Numbered from the stretch's first letter, positions 32,369 through 42,525 are shown. The stretch is 61,392 nt of DNA from Bacillales bacterium UBA3207 (GCA_002363735.1 DEWP01000017.1:1-61392); one strand, 5' to 3'. A program made the numbers and translations. The notes: generated by a model not told the origin, from the sequence alone.

Positions 32369-32521
32369 ATGCCAAGAGATCATTTCACATTAAAATGCAC
32401 AGTTTGCGGCGAAGAAAATTACATCGCTGATAAAAATAAAAAAGAGCATCCAGACCGTATGGAAACAAAAAAATATTGTCCACGATGCAAAAAGCACACA
32501 GTGCATAAGGAGAAGAAATAA
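32369..32521 (+). CDS. rpmG: 50S ribosomal protein L33 (zinc-binding type)
   Basis: LKCTVC..ENY...[15 protein letters not shown]; SD GGAGG. Confidence 0.97.
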   Translation: MPRDHFTLKCTVCGEENYIADKNKKEHPDRMETKKYCPRCKKHTVHKEKK

Positions 32522-32544
32522 GGTTAATCCTTATTTTTTTATTC

Positions 32545-33183
32545 ATGGTCGATCTTTTTCGTTCAAGAATCGCTTGTAACACATACTTTTTATTTAAAGA
32601 TAAAGAGCATGCTCTTTTAGTCGATCCTGGATACAATATTAACAATTGTTTAATCGAACACATTAATAATCTTGGTCTAAAGATTGATGCAATTCTTTTG
32701 ACACATGCTCATTTTGACCACATTGATGCTTTAGAAGAGATTATTAATGTTTTCCCAGAAGCAAAAGTTTATATTTACGAAAAAGAAAGTCCGGATTTAG
32801 ATAATCCAAAATTTAATCTTTCTAATTGGACTGAATATGGTAAAAAGAATCTTACTTACCGCCCAAAAAACTTGATTGAACTTCAAGATGGAGAAGTCTT
32901 TGAAGCTTGCGGATACACTATTAAGTGTATAGCAACTCCATTTCATACAAGAGGCTCCGCTTGTTATGTTGTTGATGAAGAAAATCTCATCTTTAGTGGT
33001 GATACGTTGTTTTACACAACAGTTGGTCGAACAGATTTAGCGAGTTCTTGCCCAAGACTGATGTCATCAAGTTTAAAAAAACTTGTTCAATTAGAAAAGA
33101 ACTACATAATCTATCCTGGTCATGGAGTTAAAACCACGCTCGATCGGGAGAAGAAATATAACTCATATTTACGAAATATCTAA
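32545..33183 (+). CDS. Metallo-beta-lactamase-fold hydrolase (YqgX/GloB-like)
   Basis: VDPG, THAHFDH, TPFHT.GS, FSGDTLF, YPGHG. Confidence 0.9.
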   Translation: MVDLFRSRIACNTYFLFKDKEHALLVDPGYNINNCLIEHINNLGLKIDAILLTHAHFDHIDALEEIINVFPEAKVYIYEKESPDLDNPKFNLSNWTEYGKKNLTYRPKNLIELQDGEVFEACGYTIKCIATPFHTRGSACYVVDEENLIFSGDTLFYTTVGRTDLASSCPRLMSSSLKKLVQLEKNYIIYPGHGVKTTLDREKKYNSYLRNI

Positions 33184-33221
33184 TTTTAGATATAATTGAG
33201 ACGTTTTAGGAGGAACTAAAC

Positions 33222-33776
33222 ATGAACGTTACAGAATTACGTCCTGGAAACTATTTTATTGACGAAGGTAACCTCTACCAAGTTCTCGACATTCTTTTAA
33301 ATAAGACTGCGATGCGTAAGATGGTGGCGAAAGTCAAAGCGAAAAACATGCGTACAGGCGCAATTATCGAATTAGCTCGTAACTCTGGTTACGATGTTGA
33401 GAAAGCAAGCCTTTCCAAAAAGAAAATGGGTTTCCTTTATGATGATGGAGTTAACTTCGTCTTCATGGATAATGAAACTTATGAACAAATCGAAATCAAT
33501 AAAGACCGTTTAGAATGGGAAAAGAACTTCCTTGTTTCTGGTTCAGAAATCGAAATTCTTTTCTATGATGATGAAATTCTTGGAATTTCACTTCCATCAA
33601 CAGTTGCTTTAACAATCACCGAATGCGAACCGGGTGTTCGTGGTGATACCGTCAACAAAGCAATGAAACAAGCCACATTAGAAACTGGTCTTAAAACAAA
33701 AGTCCCATTATTTATTAATAATGGTGAAAAGATCCTCGTTCGCACAGATACTGGCGAATACGATGGACGTGCCTAA
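33222..33776 (+). CDS. efp: Elongation factor P with a non-canonical loop
   Basis: FVFMDNETYEQ, EPGVRGDT, ATLETG..VPLFI..GE...T..GEY; loop is KTAMR instead of KPGKG. Confidence 0.96.
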   Translation: MNVTELRPGNYFIDEGNLYQVLDILLNKTAMRKMVAKVKAKNMRTGAIIELARNSGYDVEKASLSKKKMGFLYDDGVNFVFMDNETYEQIEINKDRLEWEKNFLVSGSEIEILFYDDEILGISLPSTVALTITECEPGVRGDTVNKAMKQATLETGLKTKVPLFINNGEKILVRTDTGEYDGRA

Positions 33777-33792
33777 TTAAGGAGGAGAAACG

Positions 33793-34014
33793 ATGGATAT
33801 TTCAATCGGAGCCTTTGTTGGAGCATTCATTGGTGTCTTAATCCTTGGTCTTGTTGCTGGATTCTTCCTCTCTCGTTGGTTCTTCAAACGTGAGCTTCAA
33901 AAGAATCCTCCAATCAATGAAAAGATGATTCGTGCGATGTTTACACAGATGGGAAGGAAGCCATCTGAAGCTCAAGTCAGAGCGGTCATGAACAGCATGA
34001 AAAGAAACGGGTAA
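33793..34014 (+). CDS. yneF: YneF/UPF0154 family membrane protein
   Basis: TM helix, then KNPPINEKMIRAMFTQMGRKPSE. Confidence 0.93.
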   Translation: MDISIGAFVGAFIGVLILGLVAGFFLSRWFFKRELQKNPPINEKMIRAMFTQMGRKPSEAQVRAVMNSMKRNG

Positions 34015-34038
34015 GACAATTCCTCATCCAAGAAAATT

Positions 34039-34063
34039 AAGCGCCTTAAACGGGCGCTTTTTT
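34039..34063 (+). terminator. Intrinsic terminator after yneF
   Basis: AAGCGCC-loop-GGCGCTT plus T tract. Confidence 0.85.
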
Positions 34064-34139
34064 CATGCTCATTTTTCCAGATGTAATTTTGAGAAGCTGT
34101 AGTGGTAGTGGTGTTCGACGAAATAAAAAAGTGTCAATG

Positions 34140-34194
34140 AAAAACACCCATCAATTCGGAATAATTTTACTATCCACAATATTGACGGGTGTTT
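34140..34194 (-). terminator. Extended hairpin, probable plsY terminator
   Basis: Minus strand AAACACCCGTCAAT...ATTGATGGGTGTTT (14 bp including one G:U), an inner stem, then Ts. Confidence 0.6.
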
Positions 34195-34237
34195 AATCAA
34201 CAATACAATTATCTACTAATTTACTACTAATCTTATA

Positions 34238-34978
34238 CTAATTCATCCACTTAATTTTGGATTCTTCATTGTGCGATAAACGTTTGATGTTTCCGCGATG
34301 TCTAAACACTAATAAGCAAGCTGCGACTGTCATGACTCCAGCATATTCAAATCCAGCAACAACATAATCGCCCCAACCATACATTCCGAAGTTCGCAAAT
34401 GAAACTGGTCCACAATATTTAATGATGACAAAAACCCAAGCGCAGATGACACAAGATAGTGCAGTAATCATTGATCCAAGTGAAACATATTTTTTGAGTT
34501 TAAGAGTGACAAAGAAGACTAAAATACCAACAACTGAGATTAACCAAGAGGTCGCAAGAACAAATCCGGCAACAGTTGCCACAGCTTTACCCCCATTAAA
34601 CTTCGCAAACACAGGATAGCAATGACCAATCATTGCTCCTAAAGGAGCAAGGTAAATATAAAGGACACCGTTGTTCCAGATGCCTGAACCAAAATTATCG
34701 ATTAAAACTTGGTTTAATGATGAGAATTTAATAATTGACCAAACAATTATTAAAGGGATGACAGTTTTTATCATATCAAGGATGATACATAATAAGCCAA
34801 TTTTCTTACCAAAAAGTCTTCCGACGTTCGTTCCGCCCGAGTTTTTTGAGCCTTCTAAACGTGGATCACGATGGAAAAACACCTTTCCGATAATGATTCC
34901 TGTTGGAATAGAACCAAAAAAATATCCAATAATTAATGATACAAAACCGATGATTATATTATATAAAATAATATCCAT
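34238..34978 (-). CDS. plsY: Glycerol-3-phosphate acyltransferase PlsY
   Basis: GSIP, GSKNSGGTN..R, DMIKT, GHCYPVF..F.GGKAVAT, RH..NI.RL; divergent from parE. Confidence 0.96.
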   Translation of the reverse strand: MDIILYNIIIGFVSLIIGYFFGSIPTGIIIGKVFFHRDPRLEGSKNSGGTNVGRLFGKKIGLLCIILDMIKTVIPLIIVWSIIKFSSLNQVLIDNFGSGIWNNGVLYIYLAPLGAMIGHCYPVFAKFNGGKAVATVAGFVLATSWLISVVGILVFFVTLKLKKYVSLGSMITALSCVICAWVFVIIKYCGPVSFANFGMYGWGDYVVAGFEYAGVMTVAACLLVFRHRGNIKRLSHNEESKIKWMN

Positions 34979-35076
34979 TTCAAATCTCCTAAATACCTCA
35001 ATATTCTAATAAAAAACTCCGTTACTTTTCAACCTTTAGTTTGCTATAATCAATTTTTAGAAATTGAGAGTTGAAT

Positions 35077-37020
35077 ATGTCAGAAGCAAATACTAAAACA
35101 AGTTATACAGCCGCCGATATCGACCTTCTTGAAGGTCTTTCTGGTGTAAGAAAAAGACCAGCGATGTACATTGGTTCAACTAACGTCAATGGACTCCATC
35201 ATTTGGTCTGGGAAATTATTGATAATGCGGTCGATGAAGCCTTAAATGGTTATGGCTCAGAGATTACAATAACCATCCATAGGGATGGTTCTTTATCCGT
35301 TTTGGATGGTGGACGTGGTATTCCAGTCGACATCCATAAAGCGACCGGAATTCCTGCTGTTCAACTCATTTTTACAACCCTACATTCTGGCGGAAAATTC
35401 TCCAATAAAGCTTATCAATCAAGTGCTGGTTTACATGGTGTTGGTAGTGCTGTTACGAATGCTCTTTCTGACTATTGCGATGTCACTGTTTATCGTGATG
35501 GAAAGATCAATCATATTCGCTTTAAAGACGGAGGAAAACTTGAAACTCCATTAGAGGTTCTTGGTAATACCAAGAAGAGAGGTTCATTAATCCGTTTTAA
35601 ACCAGATGCAAGAATCTTCTCCACGGTTGATTTTAAATATGACATTATTTCGAATCACATCCAAGAAAGTGCCTTCCTATTAAAAGGCGTGAAATTTAAC
35701 CTTCATGATGAAAGAACTGGACAAAATGCTGAGTTTTGTTATAAAGACGGTATCAAAGAATACGTGAACTATCTCACCGAGAAAAAACAACATATTGGTG
35801 AAGCACTTTATTTTGAAGGAAAAGAGAGTGGAATTGTCATGAGTATTGCTATGCAATACTGTAATGATGATTATCAAGAAACAATTTACTCTTATGCCAA
35901 TAATGTTCGAACACGTGATGGTGGAACTCATGAACAAGGTTTAAGAGCAGGATTAACGAAGATCGTTAATGATTACGCTGAACAAAATAATCTACTCAGA
36001 GGTAAACAAAAACTTGAAGGAAACGATATTCGTGAAGGTTTAACCGCGATTATTTCATTAAAAATTCCTGAAGAAAAACTCGAATACGAAGGACAAACAA
36101 AACAAAAACTTGGCACTCCCGAAGCTTTGCCTTTAGTAACAAATTTCATCTATAATAACTTTAGTTATTACTTAAACGAACATAAAGACTTTGCGGTCTC
36201 ATTAATTCAAAAATGCTTAAAGGCACAAAGTGCTCGAATAGCGGCCAGAAAAGCAAAAGAAGAAATTCGCTCAAAAAAGAGTATTAAGCAAGATATCGTT
36301 TTATCTGACAAGCTCACCCCAGCCACTTCAAAAGACTATGATAGCAATGAACTTTTTATCGTTGAAGGTGATTCAGCTGGAGGAACAGCAAAGAGCTCTC
36401 GTGATCGTAGTCATCAAGCAATCTTACCACTTCGTGGTAAACCATTAAACACTTTCGGTCTACCACTTGAAAAAGTTTTGAAAAATGAAGAATGTGCGAC
36501 ATTAATTAACACAATTGGAGCAGGGGTTAATGAATCATTTAATATTGACCATGCCCATTATGGAAAAATCATCATCATGACCGATGCTGATACCGATGGA
36601 GCACACATTCAAACTCTTTTAATTACCTTCTTTTATCTCTTTATGCCAGATTTAATTAAGAAAGGTAAATTATTTGTTGCAATGCCTCCTTTATACAGAA
36701 TCTATCGTGAAGTGAATCATAAAATGATTCATCGTTACGCTTGGGATGACGAAGGACTTGAAAAAGCGAAGAAAGAAGTTGGACCTGGATGCCGCGTTGC
36801 TCGATATAAAGGTCTTGGCGAAATGAACCCAGAACAACTTTGGGAAACAACAATGAATCCAGCGACAAGACAACTGACAAAAGTGACCATTGAAGACTCT
36901 CTTCTTGCTGCTCAAGAGGTCAACATTTTAATGGGTAATGATCCAGCAACAAGACGACATTGGATTGAAGAAAACATTAACTTCAACGAAGTTGATTCAT
37001 TTATGGATGAGGTGAAATAA
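35077..37020 (+). CDS. parE: DNA topoisomerase IV subunit B
   Basis: EIIDNAVDE, GLHGVG, VEGDSAGG, MTDADTDG, YKGLGEMN; plsY-parE-parC synteny. Confidence 0.9.
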   Translation: MSEANTKTSYTAADIDLLEGLSGVRKRPAMYIGSTNVNGLHHLVWEIIDNAVDEALNGYGSEITITIHRDGSLSVLDGGRGIPVDIHKATGIPAVQLIFTTLHSGGKFSNKAYQSSAGLHGVGSAVTNALSDYCDVTVYRDGKINHIRFKDGGKLETPLEVLGNTKKRGSLIRFKPDARIFSTVDFKYDIISNHIQESAFLLKGVKFNLHDERTGQNAEFCYKDGIKEYVNYLTEKKQHIGEALYFEGKESGIVMSIAMQYCNDDYQETIYSYANNVRTRDGGTHEQGLRAGLTKIVNDYAEQNNLLRGKQKLEGNDIREGLTAIISLKIPEEKLEYEGQTKQKLGTPEALPLVTNFIYNNFSYYLNEHKDFAVSLIQKCLKAQSARIAARKAKEEIRSKKSIKQDIVLSDKLTPATSKDYDSNELFIVEGDSAGGTAKSSRDRSHQAILPLRGKPLNTFGLPLEKVLKNEECATLINTIGAGVNESFNIDHAHYGKIIIMTDADTDGAHIQTLLITFFYLFMPDLIKKGKLFVAMPPLYRIYREVNHKMIHRYAWDDEGLEKAKKEVGPGCRVARYKGLGEMNPEQLWETTMNPATRQLTKVTIEDSLLAAQEVNILMGNDPATRRHWIEENINFNEVDSFMDEVK

Positions 37021-37021
37021 G

Positions 37022-39646
37022 ATGGCAAAGAAACAAGTTATTCAACAACCAGAAATCATCGAAAACATCCACAATGAAACAATGGAAGAAATTATGGGAA
37101 GTCGCTTTGCGACTTACGCCAAATATGTCATCCAAGATCGTGCGATTCCAGATGCTCGAGATGGTTTAAAACCAGTTCAAAGAAGAATCATTTATGCCAT
37201 GTATAAAGATGGCAATATTTATTCTCGTCCAACAAGAAAATGTGCTCATACAGTCGGTAATGTTATGGGTAAATATCACCCTCATGGTGATAGCTCCATT
37301 TATGAAGCACTTGTTCGTATGTCACAAACTTGGAAAGTGAATAATCCTTTAATCGACTTCCAAGGTAATAATGGTTCCATTGATGGTGATGGTCCAGCAG
37401 CTTATCGTTATACTGAATCTAGACTCAGTCAAATCGCTGAAGAAATGATTCGCGACATTGATAAAGATACTGTTGATATGGCATTTACTTTTGATGACTC
37501 TGATTATGAGCCTGTTGTAGTGCCTGCTCACTTCCCAAATTTACTTGTTAACGGAACCGAAGGTATTGCAGTTGGAATGGCGACAGAAATTCCAACACAT
37601 AACCTAAAAGAGGTTATTGAAGCAATAATTTATCGCATAAATCATGTTCGAGTTGAACCAAAAGATCTCTTACAATTTGTACCTGGTCCAGATTTTCCAG
37701 GTGGTGGATTTATCATCCGTTCAAAAGGGTTAGAAGACATCTATTTAGAGGGTCGAGGACGAATCGAAATTCTTTCTAAAACAGAAGTTATTAACACCGA
37801 AAAAGAAAAGAAAATTATTGTCACCGAAATTCCATATAAAGCGGTGAAGATTGATATTGTTCACGAAATTGATATGCTGCGACATAACAATGTTTTGCCA
37901 GGCATTAGTGAAGTTCGTGATGAATCTGATCGACAAGGAATGCGCATCGTGATTGATGTCAAAAAAGAGGCGAATATTGACGTTATTCACCAATACCTTT
38001 TAAGCAAGAGCGGACTGCGTTCTTCTTACTCAGCAAACATGGTCGCAATTGTCAATGGTTCACCAAAAACAATGAATCTTTTAGATTTCATTGATTGCTA
38101 CATTGATCACCAAGTTAACGTCATCACTAGACGCACAACTTTTGACCTTAAAAAGAACCAATCTAGACTCCATATTGTTGACGGTTTAATCAAGGCCATT
38201 TCTATCCTTGATGAGATTGTTGAAGTCATTAAAAAATCAAAAGATAAAGCTGATGCAAAAATCAACTTACAACAACAATTTAGTTTCACTGAAGCTCAAT
38301 CTGAAGCAATTGTCATGTTACAACTTTATAAGTTGTCTAACACTGATATTACAACCTTATTAAATGAGAAAAAATCTCTTGAAGAAAATATTGAATACCT
38401 AAAAGGTATTCTTGAAGATCGAAATAAACTAAACCGTCTTCTTTGTAGTGAACTAAAAGAAATTTCAAAAAAATACGGTTACGAAAGAAAAACGCAAATT
38501 ATTGATCGCCAAGAATCAACACAAATTGATAAACGTGATTTGATTAATAAAGAACTCGTTAAACTCGCGATTTCTCGTGATGGATATATGAAATATTCAT
38601 CGATAAAATCATATCGTTCTAGTGGCGATAATCCACTTCCAGGTTTAAAAGCTGGAGACGTCTTAATTTATAGCGGTGAAGTTTACACAACTGATTACCT
38701 CATTTGTTTTACAAATGCCGGTAATTTCCTTTATATTCCTGTTCACCAATTAACCGAGAACAAATGGAAGGATGAAGGTCGACACATTAACTATTTAATT
38801 TCTTTAAATCCTAATGAAAAAATTGTGCGTGCGTACGCTATTGAAGACTTTCGAGAAGATTTGTTCTTTGCCATCGTCACCAAAAACGGACAAATCAAAC
38901 GTCTTCCTGTTTCAGATTTCCAAGTTGTTCGTTATTCTAAACCATTAATTTGCATTAAATTACTGCAAGATGATGAACTTGTTGATGTAACATTAACGGA
39001 TGGAGATTCAAATTTAGTTCTCTTTACAAGTGATGGTAATTCCACAATGTTTAATGAAAATGAATTACCAACAAGCGGCATGCGTAGTGGTGGTGTAAAA
39101 TCATTCGCCAAACTTGGTAAAGCTACGATAGTAAATTTACTTGCTTATCCAAAGGATAATTCTCGAGGAAAAGTGGCCGTAATCACCAACAAAGCTTGCG
39201 TCAGAATTTATGATGTTGAGAAGACTGATTTAACCTCTCGTCTTGGTCGATCTAGCTCCGTCTTTAAGTCATTTAAATCCGATATTCATGATCTTGTTTA
39301 TGTCACGAAATTAAACAAGGAAGAAGAAGCGAATACAATTCGATTCTTAGATAACATGCAAGAAGTTCGCTCAATCGTGATTGATGATTATCATCTAACA
39401 CCACTTGATCGATATGCGAAACAAACTGTCGAAATGAGTTCAAAAATTCGCCTTGTTACTCCATTTAGAGAATCAAGTGAAATTGTCGATAAAAAGATTG
39501 TTTCTCATTTCGTGAAAAAAGACGATGCAATCGAATTTAATCAAGATGAAACCAAAGAAGAAAATACGCTTCAAGAAATGAAGGAAGAAGAGGAAAAAGG
39601 TTACACCCAAATCTCCATCTTCGACGATGATCTTCTTGGTGATTAA
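37022..39646 (+). CDS. parC: DNA topoisomerase IV subunit A
   Basis: DGLKPVQRR, YHPHGDSSIYEA, AAYRYTE; no GyrA-box seen in the CTD. Confidence 0.9.
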   Translation: MAKKQVIQQPEIIENIHNETMEEIMGSRFATYAKYVIQDRAIPDARDGLKPVQRRIIYAMYKDGNIYSRPTRKCAHTVGNVMGKYHPHGDSSIYEALVRMSQTWKVNNPLIDFQGNNGSIDGDGPAAYRYTESRLSQIAEEMIRDIDKDTVDMAFTFDDSDYEPVVVPAHFPNLLVNGTEGIAVGMATEIPTHNLKEVIEAIIYRINHVRVEPKDLLQFVPGPDFPGGGFIIRSKGLEDIYLEGRGRIEILSKTEVINTEKEKKIIVTEIPYKAVKIDIVHEIDMLRHNNVLPGISEVRDESDRQGMRIVIDVKKEANIDVIHQYLLSKSGLRSSYSANMVAIVNGSPKTMNLLDFIDCYIDHQVNVITRRTTFDLKKNQSRLHIVDGLIKAISILDEIVEVIKKSKDKADAKINLQQQFSFTEAQSEAIVMLQLYKLSNTDITTLLNEKKSLEENIEYLKGILEDRNKLNRLLCSELKEISKKYGYERKTQIIDRQESTQIDKRDLINKELVKLAISRDGYMKYSSIKSYRSSGDNPLPGLKAGDVLIYSGEVYTTDYLICFTNAGNFLYIPVHQLTENKWKDEGRHINYLISLNPNEKIVRAYAIEDFREDLFFAIVTKNGQIKRLPVSDFQVVRYSKPLICIKLLQDDELVDVTLTDGDSNLVLFTSDGNSTMFNENELPTSGMRSGGVKSFAKLGKATIVNLLAYPKDNSRGKVAVITNKACVRIYDVEKTDLTSRLGRSSSVFKSFKSDIHDLVYVTKLNKEEEANTIRFLDNMQEVRSIVIDDYHLTPLDRYAKQTVEMSSKIRLVTPFRESSEIVDKKIVSHFVKKDDAIEFNQDETKEENTLQEMKEEEEKGYTQISIFDDDLLGD

Positions 39647-39666
39647 TTCACCTCAAAAACAATGAT

Positions 39667-39693
39667 AAAACGCCTGAAAAATGGCGTTTTTTT
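39667..39693 (+). terminator. Intrinsic terminator after parC
   Basis: AAAACGCC-loop-GGCGTTTT plus T tract. Confidence 0.8.
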
Positions 39694-39751
39694 CGTACAT
39701 ATGCGAATTATTCTCACTTTTAGTTTACTAAAGAATGTGTATAATTAAGTT

Positions 39752-40273
39752 ATGTGCAAAGTTTATGTTCCATATGCTCATGCTAAATCAATCTTTGATA
39801 TTGAGATTGATTTTTATAAAAAGCATGGCATTACGACTGTTTTATCAGATTTAGATAACACTCTAGATTCATATAAAACAAAGACTCCTAGCGCAAATGT
39901 GATTTCTTTTAAAGAAGTTCTAAAAGAGAACGGCATTGAACTCTTCATTATTTCAAATAACACTGGAAAAAGAGTTCAACAATACGCTGATGCTCTTGGT
40001 GTTAGATATGCTTCTGCTGTGGGAAAACCATTTGCTAAAAAACTCTTACGTAAACTTAATGAAGCACAAATTAATCTAAATAAAGCGGTATTGATTGGTG
40101 ATCAAACAGTCACTGATATTGCTTCAGCAAATCGAGCTGGAATACTTTGTATTCTCACTGATAAAATTGTTAAAGAAGATCAACCAACAACATTCTTTAA
40201 CCGCTTATTTGATCGACCAATTCGACGACATCTTCGTCGCAAAGGTAAATTAATTGATTGGAGGGAAAAATAA
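39752..40273 (+). CDS. yqeG: HAD phosphatase YqeG
   Basis: DLDNTL, SNN, KP, IGDQ..TDI. Confidence 0.93.
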   Translation: MCKVYVPYAHAKSIFDIEIDFYKKHGITTVLSDLDNTLDSYKTKTPSANVISFKEVLKENGIELFIISNNTGKRVQQYADALGVRYASAVGKPFAKKLLRKLNEAQINLNKAVLIGDQTVTDIASANRAGILCILTDKIVKEDQPTTFFNRLFDRPIRRHLRRKGKLIDWREK

Positions 40274-41415
40274 TGGCAAAAATTTCTCAAATTCGTCGTT
40301 GCTATAACTGTGGTGCAGTTTTGCAATCAGAAGACCCAACTAAAGAAGGATACGTCAAGAAAGAAACGTTAGAAAATGCTTCGCAAAATTTCTTATTCTG
40401 TGATCACTGTTTTGAACTTGAACGTTATCAAAACAAATCAAATGATCCAGAAGTAAGTGAAGATTATCTTCGCTTTATCATGGATGCGAAACGTAAAAAT
40501 GCTTTGATTGTTTACGTAGTAAACCTCTTCTCTTTTGAAGCCAGTTTCTCTCTCCAAATTAATTCAATTATTCAAGGAATGGATATTCTAGTTGTCGGAA
40601 ATAAATTCGACCTCCTTCCTGATACATGCACCGAAGAGGATACTAAAGAATATGTCGCCCATCGTTTCCGTGCCTCAGGCATTAAGTTAACAAAAGATGA
40701 TGTTGTTTTAGGTTCAGCTACAACTGATGAAAACGCGAAACACATTCTCTCTAGAATCTTCGAATTACGTAACGGAAGAGATGTTTATGTTATTGGAGCA
40801 TCCCTCAGTGGAAAATCAACATTAGTGCAATCTTTCTTACGTGTTTACTCAAACATGAGTAAAGGTACTATCTCAACCCATCTTTATCCAAAAACAAAAC
40901 TCTCTGTTTTAGAAATTCCATTATCAAGAACAACATCGCTTTTTGATGCACCTGGACTTTCGATTAATAACTCAATTTTGTTTGAGCTTGATAAAGCAAC
41001 TTTAAAACAAATTTATCTAACAAAAGCTGTTGAAGCGAAAAAAGTTAGTTTAGAAGAAGGACAAGTTCTTTGCTTTGGTGGAATTGGTTATATCCAACTT
41101 ATTAAAGGCAAGAAAACCAACTTTAAATGTTATTTCCATGACCATGTTCAATTAAAGAAACTATCTGGTCAACACGTTGATGAAAAATTCATCCAACTTG
41201 TTTTACGTAAAAGCTTAGTTCCTTCTTTAAGAAAGATTCGTTCCGGAAGAGATCTTGATGTTTTTGAAATCACAATTACTGAAAGTAATTATCGTGACAT
41301 TGGCATCCAAGGTTTAGGCTGGATTAATTTTAAAGCAGCGAACCAAACATTTCGCATTTGTATCCCAAAAGGCGTCGCTATTTATTCATCTCGACCAAAA
41401 GTATTAACAAAATAA
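40273..41415 (+). CDS. yqeH: Circularly permuted GTPase YqeH (divergent)
   Basis: CYNCG...CDHC zinc finger; motif order G4 NKFD, G1 GASLSGKS, G3 DAPG; follows yqeG. Confidence 0.88.
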   Translation: MAKISQIRRCYNCGAVLQSEDPTKEGYVKKETLENASQNFLFCDHCFELERYQNKSNDPEVSEDYLRFIMDAKRKNALIVYVVNLFSFEASFSLQINSIIQGMDILVVGNKFDLLPDTCTEEDTKEYVAHRFRASGIKLTKDDVVLGSATTDENAKHILSRIFELRNGRDVYVIGASLSGKSTLVQSFLRVYSNMSKGTISTHLYPKTKLSVLEIPLSRTTSLFDAPGLSINNSILFELDKATLKQIYLTKAVEAKKVSLEEGQVLCFGGIGYIQLIKGKKTNFKCYFHDHVQLKKLSGQHVDEKFIQLVLRKSLVPSLRKIRSGRDLDVFEITITESNYRDIGIQGLGWINFKAANQTFRICIPKGVAIYSSRPKVLTK

Positions 41416-41419
41416 TTTC

Positions 41420-42523
41420 ATGGCCAATTACATCATTTACGGTGGATCATTTGATCCAATTCATAACGGACATCTTCGACTCGCTCGAACCGCATCACTT
41501 AAACTTAATGCTGATGTAATTTTTGTGCCAGCTCGTTCTCCACGTTGGAAAGTGTGCGAAGCAAGCGCAAAAGACCGTTTAAAAATGATGAAACTTATAT
41601 TGCGTTTATATGCCCCAGCTGGTTCACAAATTAGCGATTATGAGCTGAAAAGTGATGCTCAAGTGAATTATACAGTTGATACGGTGAAGTATTTTCATCA
41701 AAAATACCGTGCATCCAGACTCTTTTTATTAATTGGCGCGGATCAAGTAAATAAATTTTCTGAATGGAAAGATGCTGGATTAATTAGCGAACTGACCCAG
41801 ATTGTTTTTGTTCCTCGCCCAGGAGTTCAAATTAACGAAGATATTGTAAAACAATATCATATGATTAATTTAGAATATTATGAAAGCGGTGAAGTCTCTT
41901 CAAGTCTAATTCGTCTTGGTTTATCTCATGATGCTCCACAAGAAGTAATTAACTACATCGAAAAGAACAAACTTTATTATGTTAATAAACTTGCTCAATA
42001 TGTTGATGAAAAACGTTTACTACATTCCATTGAAGTAGCAAAACTTTCATACCAAATAGCAGTGGTTAATCAGTTAGAAAATCCATCGAAATTCTATTTT
42101 ACTGGAATGTTTCATGATGTCGGTAAACTGGCAAATTATGGAAAAATTGATCCAAATCAAGTGATGGAAAAAGAATATTCTGAATATTTAGACATGCCAA
42201 AATTTGCTTATCACCAATTTATTGGTGAATATATCTTAAAAAATGACTTTAATATTAAAGATGAAGATATCTTAAATGCGGTGAAGTTCCATTGCACAGG
42301 TTCGGCAAATATGAGTCAACTTGCGATGGTTATTTATGCAGCAGATAAAATTGAGCCAACAAGACAATTTGATTCAAGGTTTTTAATTAATTCTTGTATG
42401 AAAAACTGGAAACAAGGCTTTTTAGACACTTTAAAAGATAATCGTAAATATTTGCTTGCTCACGCAAAAGATATTGAAAATAGATTGACTCATGAATGTT
42501 TTAAAATGTATTTAGGAGATTAG
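41420..42523 (+). CDS. nadD: Fused nicotinate-nucleotide adenylyltransferase NadD and HD-domain Ap4A hydrolase YqeK
   Basis: GGSFDPIHNGH, IGADQ, VSSSLIR; then RLLHS, FHDVGK, ADKIEPTR, all in one ORF. Confidence 0.9.
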   Translation: MANYIIYGGSFDPIHNGHLRLARTASLKLNADVIFVPARSPRWKVCEASAKDRLKMMKLILRLYAPAGSQISDYELKSDAQVNYTVDTVKYFHQKYRASRLFLLIGADQVNKFSEWKDAGLISELTQIVFVPRPGVQINEDIVKQYHMINLEYYESGEVSSSLIRLGLSHDAPQEVINYIEKNKLYYVNKLAQYVDEKRLLHSIEVAKLSYQIAVVNQLENPSKFYFTGMFHDVGKLANYGKIDPNQVMEKEYSEYLDMPKFAYHQFIGEYILKNDFNIKDEDILNAVKFHCTGSANMSQLAMVIYAADKIEPTRQFDSRFLINSCMKNWKQGFLDTLKDNRKYLLAHAKDIENRLTHECFKMYLGD

Positions 42524-42525
42524 TT

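Noticed and set aside
34101-34120. tRNA remnant or attachment site (GTTCGA)
   Set aside because: No cloverleaf, acceptor stem or adjacent integrase.
35077-39646. gyrB-gyrA, or quinolone-resistance alleles
   Set aside because: plsY/yneF synteny and the lack of a GyrA-box indicate parE-parC; the QRDR reads HGDSSIYE with Ser and Glu unchanged.
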